This document shows positions 55,801 to 64,000 of a DNA stretch of 64,000 nt, one piece after another. Each line of letters begins with the position of its first letter. Position 1 is the first letter of the stretch. The position numbers were made by a program, and so were the translations under genes. The stretch is from Bugula neritina. Its lineage: Eukaryota; Animalia; Bryozoa. The stretch is from contig OZ037765.1 of assembly GCA_964035545.1 (NCBI GenBank), positions 33,417,504 through 33,481,503 on the forward strand, read 5' to 3'. Under the pieces are notes generated by a model that did no database searches, was not told the origin of the DNA, and was given only the letters and a program-made list of their open reading frames with translations.

Positions 55801-58800
55801 AAATTCCTGGATTCTACTTTATTGACATTAACCCACTACCTACAAAACGCCTTGAAATTTAGCTAATAAATTATGTATTTTGTGATTTTTTTTAAATGTA
55901 CAATGTTATGTATAAATTACAATCAGTTTATATATATATACATGTCTTTTACTACTTAGTATTACAGTGTAAAAAGCATTTCAGGGTTAACAATTTAATT
56001 AATTGACCCTAACAGTAATTATGTATAATACAGATTTGCAGATGCTTTAAATGAACCCAAAAAGCTGATGTTGTTAAACAGTGTACAAAATAGTCACCTC
56101 ATATCAGCCAGACATGCTTAGTCATTACCTAGCATTAAAATCATATTATGAATGCAGTCAAGTTTTGATATGCATCCCTATTATTGATAGTTTGTGAACC
56201 AGCAATTAAATATCAAGAAGCAATATTACTAACCAATGTGCTGGTTAAAGAGTTTCAAGTTGTAGTTATAGTATCAAACTATTATAATGGCATAAAAACT
56301 ATCAGTTAAAACATCTTATTAATATTTACTACAGGAATACATAATATTATAGGTGTGCTAAAAATCTGGTAGAAGCATCAATTATTTTAGATGTTTTGGA
56401 TTTAGTATCTCTGTACTATAATGTAATATACAGAACATCAGGTGCTGTCTCCACAGTGCATTGATGGCATTAATGAATATTAATACATGCAGGCAGTGTT
56501 GGTAATGATTTATTGAAATAGGAGTTTAAAAACTGTTTAAACAACAATGAAAAGCCTGAGATTAGTCCAAGGAGAGGGGTATTTCAAGCTAGCAGATGAG
56601 CAATATAGATGCGAAAGTCTTGCCTAAAAATCATTATTGTTATATCTAGTCATTAATTTCTTGCAATAGATCTATTTCACTATTGAGAAGAACAAAATTA
56701 GCTAGTAAACACTGTAATAGAGTCAAGGCACTTTGGCAGTGCTAGTTTAAAATAAACCTGGGATAGTCGAATAGCAGAAGTACTTTTTGATGCATAATAT
56801 AATTATGTACAGCTTAAGATTTTGCAATACTGTGTTTTCAGTGCGATATTAATTTCAATAGCTACATTAAAATAATGTACAATTCTAGCAAGTGATGCAA
56901 AATCTTCTAAGATGCTATGACTGTAGCAGTTTGCTACTAGTCTCAAGTAACAAACCAAATAGCCTTTCTTTGTGCCATCATCCAAATGCCAAACAAATAA
57001 CTCATTCACTCTGTAACAACAAGGTGGTCTCCCAAGTAGATTGTTAGACATTTCAGGCATTAATAACCAAAAGCTTTTCACTTTGGCATAATTGTATAGT
57101 TACCCAGCTAAATAAATAATGTATTCATGGTATTGTAATTCCAAGCCATGCATTTATCTGTGAATGCAGCTAAGTATTTAATACGGCCATATATTTATGT
57201 ACTATGTAGCAATGCCTAATGTAGCTGTCAAGCTTCTACTTATACTCATTTTAGTGATGCTTTACTTCTGATTACATGATTACAAACATAGCAGTTCAAA
57301 CAAAATTATTTTAGATAGGAATAAATATAATGCTCCTAGCAAATGTTGTAAAACTATTTTCCAAAAACATATACTTTGCAAACAAACTTTTCAGAAAGTT
57401 ATAATGCATTTATCATATTATTGTTTCATTTAAAAGTTATAATGATAGAATATTATACTTAAAACACACTCAAATTTTTAGATTCTTGTAATATTGTTAA
57501 ACAAGAGTTAACAGTAAGATTGGCTGTAGAGTAGAATGTTTAGCTGTTTGTACTGAAGCTAACAAGTAACTGGCATTAAAAAGAGATGTAGATAAAAAGT
57601 GACAGAATAACAACTGGCTTGTATATTGGTAGTGCAAAAAGCTGTATATAACAGTTTAAACAAATACCCATTAGAATAAATGGTAACCCAGTACTTAAAA
57701 TGTGGTATGTCATAATACATATTTGTGGTGTATTGACTAGGCTAGATCAACACATAGCACTATATAATTGCTTTAGTATTTACAATTAGTTTGTGGTCTG
57801 GTGGGATTTGTTGATAGCCATTGTCTTTATTAACATAACAGTTTCATAAAATTAGCAGTTTTCCTTATTCACCTAGTTAATTTTTAAGATTTATGTACAA
57901 TATTTACATATTAGGATATAAAAAATATCTTCAACCAGTGAATATCAAAATAATGATTAAAGACATATTTTACGTCATATTTTTGTGGCAATCTAAATAA
58001 TAAGCTGGTCTAAATTGTACTTGTGCAAACAGAACCAGCTCATGAATATATGTTGTCTTTTTTTAACTTGACAGTTAATCTAATATGGATGTGTATTTTA
58101 TACTTGCTTTTGTGTTTAAGGTGATAAAATTGCACTGGTAAGGTAAATAAACATTGCTTGTTTGGCATGCTTTTGCGTGGCATTGCATATTATGCTAAAC
58201 TAATGGCCAGTTTTGCAGTAGCTTCACCATAACCTTCAAAACAATGCAAATATCATCTAATTATTGTAAGCTTTTTAAGTTAATTTGTTTAGCTATAAAC
58301 ACATGTAAAACTATTAGGCTATTCCAATTTCACGATATACATAGCTCTATAATTCTGAAAAACTGCTAGGTAAAGTGGAAATTAAACATGATCTATTCAT
58401 TGCTAAAGTATTACAGCTATGAATAATATATATATTATTACCTGAGTGATATCACAATCTTCACTTGCTAAGTTAGTTTAAATACAGGAAAAAAAAATAA
58501 TTCTGGGGAAAAATTATATATGAGAAGCTGTTTTTGTAATAATTCCCTGCTCTAGAGTGGTTTTGAAGAATTGTTTTAAAGCAAAACTTTTGCATACATG
58601 AGTTGAATAAAATCATTGAGAGTTTTATGAAGGTCTATTTGTGTATAGGTAGCCCTAATGCATGTCACAACTCAAGTTTTTAGATTTTATGTAATTTGTG
58701 GTGCAGAGTTGCAAATAAAAACCTTATTTTAATAATACTTAGACATATGCAAGCAATAAAGATAATGAAAAAAATGCTATAGTTGCTAATTAGCTAATAT

Positions 58801-61800
58801 TACTTGCATATGATGCAAATATTTGTATGCATGCATGTTTAGTTTACTAGCATTGGTTAGATATAATTGAATATATAGATTTGATGTGGAAATTGAAGAA
58901 AATCAATATGTTGTGTTCTATATACAACAACAGTTTTTACATTGGTTCGTTAATTACTTCATAAATCATTTATTACTTCATGCAATATTTGTTCCTGCAA
59001 TTTTGCAGAGTGGCAAAATGCATTTCAAAGACATATATTAAGTGATTTTAATTATACTAGAATTTTCAAACCAAGAATTTTTGGGGAGTTTTCTTCTTCC
59101 TAAGACATATGTGGCAATTGAACACATAATAAGTTGTAGGCCACAACTCCTTTATACAACCTTGCAAGAAATTATGCAGCCATTTAAATAGAAAAGGAAT
59201 TATTGAATTTATTTATTCAACATTATTAGTATTTTATAAATATTTGTTGCATTTAATTAATGAGCATAAAATTTGTTTTACAAATACTGTAATTAACAGC
59301 ATGGTAAAAATATATTATATATACTGGTATATATTTTGTATTGTATTAGATTTAGACTACATTGCTAATTAAAATGAGTTAAATATCTTCGACTTATAGA
59401 TTACATTTTTATGTGCATTCTGTTATTGTTAATGCTAGAATAACAAATTGAACACGGCATATGCTTCCATAACCAGATGCTTTTAAACGGATTAAAAATA
59501 ATTTGTCAATTTCTAATTATGAGGAACAAACTCCTCGGTAGTTTCTACATTTGCGCATGATTTTATCAAGATAGGCTTGCTTTTGTGTCAACCTGTAGCC
59601 AGTGCAACTATACTTTATGTAACGAGTAAAACAGACTCATTTCAAAGTACACAGTCTAAAGGGTAGGAATTACTACAAAGAAAAGTGCCGGTTAAAAGTT
59701 AATTATAATTGGAAATAAAGTGAAATATCAGTCAGAAATTAAAAAGTGTCAACTAAAAAGGTGTATTGTTATTTCTTTTTGGCTTAATGAAAATGTTTTT
59801 TGAGGAAGAAGTACGAGAAACATCTAGGAGGGGTTCATATCCACCACTGGCGACTACCTGTTTATTGATGAAGAACTATCCAATGATAGTATAGTATTAT
59901 GGTCTTTTGCCTTATAATTGGCTTTGATTTTTTTATGTCTAATTACGAGATACTAAACAGATGCAAAGTATGTTGTGCATAGGCAGTTTTTTTATGTCTC
60001 TAAACAACATTCTAGGAAAATATATACTGAAATATTGGCAACATTTACCATGCACTATTAGTGATTAATGATTAATAAAGTTGATGAGTATATGAAGTTA
60101 TTCTGAACAACATATTGCAGTGCCAATTGACACTTATAGCCTCAATGTCACCTTACAGTCACTCAGATAAAGTATAAGCTAAGGCGGAGAGGGAAGCAAA
60201 CCTTGATCAGTAACATACGCATGTCCAGACTCAACAAGCCTTTCTATAAATTCTATCACATTCTGCACATTATCTGTTACTCTGTGTACAACTGTAGGCC
60301 TCAATACGTTGAGTTGCTGCATGTTTTGGAGAAATCTGTTTTCGTAATGAGAAGACACCTGCTCAGTTGTTTGTCCAACCTGAAGAGTAATAACAGGCAT
60401 TTATTCAGGCTTTAAAGCATTTATGATAAATTATTGCAATTGTATAATAAATTATTATAATAATTAGACTGTTATAAAATTACATTCTTTGTATTCGACT
60501 TTGTTTTGAAATAATATTTTTATTTCTAATAAGCTCGCAGTATTTGCATGTTGCAGTGGCAGTAAAAGAGAAATTTTGATAGCTTAAAGTCTTTAACTTG
60601 TTGTCTATATGTGCTTTAGCTTAGGAAGGGAGAGGGTAAAGGTCTTATGAGAAAACAACTTTTTTTAGCTGACTCTGTAGCTTGCATTCCTTCAACATAA
60701 GGGTATTGTGGTAGCCTTTTTCTCTATATAATTTCTATTCATTTAACAGTTTTTCTCATTATTTCCACGACTGCACCTCTGTCTTTCAAACTTTGGCAAT
60801 AAAAGTTAAATGTTTGTTAACACAATTTGCATGTCAAAAAGTTCACTTCAATTCTCCATAGGAGCAGGATGTCATTGAATTAAATTATTTGCCTAAACAA
60901 ACCTTCTTGGCCTTGTTTATGATCTTATCGTCTACATTCGTAAAGTTCATCATAAAAACGACATTTATGTCGAAAACATTCATGAGGATTCGCCTGATTA
61001 CATCGAACCGTACAAAGGAACTACAAAGATACAGAACATGACAGTCCAATCGGGTGAGGTAAACCTCACTTGATTGAATATAACAAAAATTCAAAAATAT
61101 GTGTTAATTTTGAAAACACAGGAGAAATAAACATAGTGATTAATGGTAAATTATTTATATACCCAGGCAAAGTAGAGTTTTAAAGAAATCTATAGACAAA
61201 TCCTTAAACAATTCTGTCACTCAACATAAACAATTGCTGATAAATTGTTTAGTTATTCTCACTAAAAACTTATCAAACAACAACATAACTTCAAATGTTT
61301 CTCAAATCGGCAAGTAAAAGCTGCCTAACACAGTAACCTAAGTACAGTTCACTCCTAACATGAAACTATTTTATACTGACTGAATAATATAAGAATAGCT
61401 AGACTTCAATACTGGCCATTCAACATCTCTGAGTTTATAGACATGAACAGCTGCAACTTACCATGCATGTCCCACATGAGGCTCAGCGTACACAGTTGGC
61501 CCACACATATACCTGACAAAAATAAAGCATATTAAATCCTTTCTCTAACTATGAGTGTGGAACTAGCATTGCTGCAACACAATTTTAGAAAACAAATATG
61601 CTTACAAGTTTTGAGATCTGAAAGTTTTCTAATCGTTTATGACCTACATTAGGTAAAAGTTGTTTCAAGCTATTTTATACTATTTACTTATGCTAGGATG
61701 GTTCATGTTTCATGGGATGATATAAATTTTGAAAGCATGATACAACAAAATAAATATTGCTTTTTTCCTTATTATTATAAGAGTGTTTGTAATCTGAAAC

Positions 61801-62067
61801 AAATTTCCATTGCTATATTTTAAACATACTGAACAATGAGTATTTGTAAAATATCCAAGATACATGAAAATATCAGACATTTTGCACTCACCACTTCAAA
61901 TTGCCCTTAGTTGACAGTATGAGAGGAAGTTTAGATCTTGTGTAGAAATTGTAGATGGAGACGCCAGTCTCATCTCCTTGTGGCGGCGTCCATGGATACT
62001 TTCTTGCTAACTCTGAGATGCACTTCCTCTTTTTCACAAGAGTTTGCGCTGATTGCCGAAATGCCAT
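31822..62067 (-). CDS. CARS2: Cysteine--tRNA ligase, mitochondrial (13 coding exons, 557 aa)
   Basis: Exons 62067-61892, 61512-61462, 61020-60903, 60379-60202, 39326-39237, 35310-35187, 34890-34622, 34104-33966, 33662-33536, 33323-33225, 32867-32747, 32425-32316, 31893-31822; 1674 nt, all GT-AG and in phase. Motifs [58 protein letters not shown]. Basic N-terminal leader and no cytosolic-type insertions. Confidence 0.93.
32187..32284. repeat. (AGC/AGT)n trinucleotide repeat (intronic)
   Basis: GCAGTAGCAGCAGTAGCA... in the last CARS2 intron. Confidence 0.9.
34263..34616. repeat. 20-bp minisatellite with an ~18-bp variant unit, adjacent to the CARS2 exon 7 donor
   Basis: Unit TGTCAAAGTGTCATGATATG, ~18 units, with recurring TG(T/A)CAATATAGATAATA variants. 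Confidence 0.95.
38093..38413 (-). repeat. Two tandem degenerate tRNA-like heads
   Basis: GAGCAGTTGTGGTGTGTAATGGTTAGCACACCTGTGTGCAAGTCCGAGGTCC (38413 down) and TAATGTAGTGGTGAGTGCGCCTGCTTGCAGGCTGAAGGTCTC (~38161 down); both resemble 30137-30208. Confidence 0.55.
38766..39019. repeat. 22-bp minisatellite, ~11-12 copies
   Basis: Unit CATTGAACATATATAAGATCAC with alternating variants. Confidence 0.93.
40019..40198. repeat. Repeat unit with iterated 22-bp motif AGTATCTCGT-N4-NGRCATAA; inverted homolog at ~59920-60045
   Basis: Motif at 40035-40056, 40060-40081 (inverted) and 40163-40184; inverted copy at 59933-59954 is 18/22 identical to the first. Confidence 0.6.
43934..44172. repeat. Polypurine (GA/GGGA-rich) low-complexity tract
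   Basis: ~240 bp almost entirely G/A, with iterated GAGGGTGGGAGAGAGG units. Confidence 0.92.
48730..48872. repeat. (AGT/ACT)n degenerate trinucleotide repeat
   Basis: TAGTAGTAGTACTAGTAGTAG arrays. Confidence 0.85.
49946..52890 (-). mobile_element. R4/Dong-clade non-LTR retrotransposon relic (RT plus restriction-like endonuclease), decayed and internally deleted, in (TAA)n
   Basis: N-terminal [23 protein letters not shown]; RT motifs IFQGDSLS and HLLYVDDLK (~51425-51450); YKYLGVLE; [11 protein letters not shown]; [12 protein letters not shown]; CGMC..H zinc-knuckle remnant; [10 protein letters not shown]...IIDITVP. (ATT)n at both flanks (49933-49945 and 52891 onward). Confidence 0.9.
54960..55354. 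mobile_element. Foldback MITE, diverged second copy of the 9418-9840 family
   Basis: TTTAGTACACACTGGAAATCTGCAG...TTTAGCTGCTAATGAACA aligns with the first copy; arms still inverted; flanks GATT/AATT. Confidence 0.85.
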
Positions 62068-62925
62068 GTCTCAGTTAATACAGAACTTCCAGTATCTGCT
62101 CTGGAAAGCTACCTCAATAGCTGCGATGTCTGAATCATAAATATAGCTATATGTGAACCAGTGATAAATCTGGGCTACTCATAATTTGGTAAGGGATTAT
62201 ATACTACGGTTTGTAAGGATTATCAGCTGTGGCAGTATAATACTAAAGGTACTGTACAAGGAAAAGTTTATGAGTGTCAACTAATAGTTTATATAATAAT
62301 ATAATAATATAGTAATATGCAGGTCAAACAGAATGTATAATACAGATTACATTTGTTGCAATTGACTGCTTGATAAACATGTGCAATAACCCATGTAAAA
62401 CCCAGTCATTGAAGTTCATCTATTAATACAATATTGTATATCTCATCGTTATAGCAAAGATAATGTTGAAGACAGAGCGTTATAGTGACAATTTTTGACC
62501 ATAATAATATTTCTAGAAATGTTAATGTGTTGAAAGTGAAATTCTATAAACTTGTTGTAATTGACATGATTTTTGAATAGACAAAAATCCATTGGCTCGA
62601 GTGCAGTAAATGAGTGTTACGCTACATACGCTAAAGATATTTATTTCTGTTAAAGAATTTAGCTCCCTGGTTAATAAAGTAAAGCATTTAAGACTCAGAG
62701 GGCAACTGTAAGACATTCCATATACCAACCACAAATATAATAAAATATTAAAATAACATTGCATTGAAAAGAGAAATGATAAAAGGTGATCCATGAGCTG
62801 CAATATTAAAACATAATATAAAACCGTGTAAGAGAGGGTGTGAATAGAAATCTACAATAATTAAACACAATTACAACAAACTGAAGATAAAACATGGAGG
62901 AGAAACTCTAAAGTTATATGCTTAC

Positions 62926-63205
62926 TAGCCCTATTTCTATCAGATATTCCTAGTTTGAGGAACCGTCTGCTTGCCCGAAATTCAAGCCCCAACGCTAAAC
63001 CAATTTTTCAAAGACCTAGATAAGTTATGTGAGCAACCATCAGATGTTTTACATGAATACAGAGTTGAGAGATTACACTTGGTAATGGAAGAACATGTTA
63101 AACAGGTAGTATATGCCCAATACCTACCCCTTCAGAAATAGACGAAGCCACTTCCAAATGCGGAGGACCTAGGTGCTGCAGCCAGCAGTGTCTAGTAGCT
63201 ATTTC
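62926..63205 (-). other. Possible non-coding 5'-UTR exons of CARS2 (63205-63128, 63015-62926)
   Basis: Good acceptor/donor pairs (tttgcag..gtaggt; ttatctag..gtaagc); the second is closed in all frames. More minus-strand donors near 63278 and 63461; CpG-containing sequence at 63935-64000. Splice signals only. Confidence 0.3.
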
Positions 63206-64000
63206 CTGCAAATATACATATCATGATCAGAACTCATGGTGGTGACAGGTTGACATATAGGTTAATGAAAAAGAATTACCTACAGTGTCTAGGACGGCCT
63301 GGAGCTTAGCAAAAGTATACTGGATAATGCACACTTCAGTAATAATATGTTATACATTAACCGACATGCTATTCAAGCGTGAGGATGATTTATGGTTGGA
63401 ACTAGTTCGATAAGTCAAGTTAATTTTAAAAGTGACCTAGATTCTCAAACATGAAACTTACCGTCAGTCACGTGTATATGCTAGCAGCTAGCGCAATGTG
63501 ATAGTTTTAAGGTAACTAGAATGTGGTAAGGTTAGAAATGGTTAGGAAAGGACAGTGTACAGCCCACTGATCCCAAATATTGAGTATTTGTGATAAACCA
63601 GGGTTCTACGACCACAATGCTGACATGAAACTGAAAGTATAATAGACTGAGAGTAAACAGTGTACAAGCGAGTTCATCTGTAAACTAACTGTTCAGCTAA
63701 TTGTAGCACTTGCAGAGGTTATAAACACACTGCATTTTCTATTATAGCTTCATAAACCCTTTCTAATCAAGCATTTCTGCACCTAGCTGGGCATTTATTG
63801 GTTTCAAACAAACTTGAAATTATTATCATGCAGGCAGTCTATTTTATAACAGGCTTAAATATGTATTCTATAATAGGCATGCATGTGTTTTGCCCACAAA
63901 GTCATTTAAACATACTAGAATTGTTGACAAGCTCGAAATGCGTTGAATTATTATGCGCGCAGCAAAAGTCACAGCCTCACATGAAGTATTTGCACGTGCA

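Noticed and set aside
59608-59655. Alternative CARS2 exon 5 (minus strand TVYFEMS...)
   Set aside because: Wrong phase relative to exon 4 and an early stop; the in-phase exon 39326-39237 (GNVFF...YGNL) fits.

Overview
AT-rich, intron-containing metazoan (invertebrate-like) genomic DNA; most entries in the supplied ORF track are exon fragments or noise. Host genes reconstructed by hand from GT-AG splice sites: two convergent MFSD4/NaGLT1-like MFS transporter paralogs whose six shared internal exons have identical lengths (1400-5851 +, 7092-16193 -), a 5'-truncated intron-retaining ABCC5-like pseudogene (28767-30351 +), and an intact 13-exon mitochondrial cysteinyl-tRNA synthetase CARS2 (31822-62067 -, 557 aa) with a 3.9-kb and a 20.9-kb intron. 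The rest is largely mobile DNA: the 5' end of a Gypsy LTR element (gag, tRNA-Ser-like PBS, LTR), an ISL2EU/Harbinger-type foldback with ~865-bp arms, a TA-flanked TcMar-like element, a CACTA-like element filling CARS2 intron 5, an R4/Dong LINE relic, a Penelope-like relic, tRNA-derived SINEs with TSDs, several MITE families and minisatellites. Most interesting: (i) a ~20-kb block in CARS2 intron 4 bracketed by decayed inverted repeats with an iterated 22-bp motif, holding a central CpG island, a symmetric cryptic-simple-sequence domain and divergent decayed exon-like segments; (ii) a foldback whose two arms are both the transposase 3' end; (iii) a MITE inserted inside a splice donor, supplying its +5 G; (iv) an extended PBS with a substitution exactly at tRNA position 58. 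No database searches were possible; family names come from recognised motifs.
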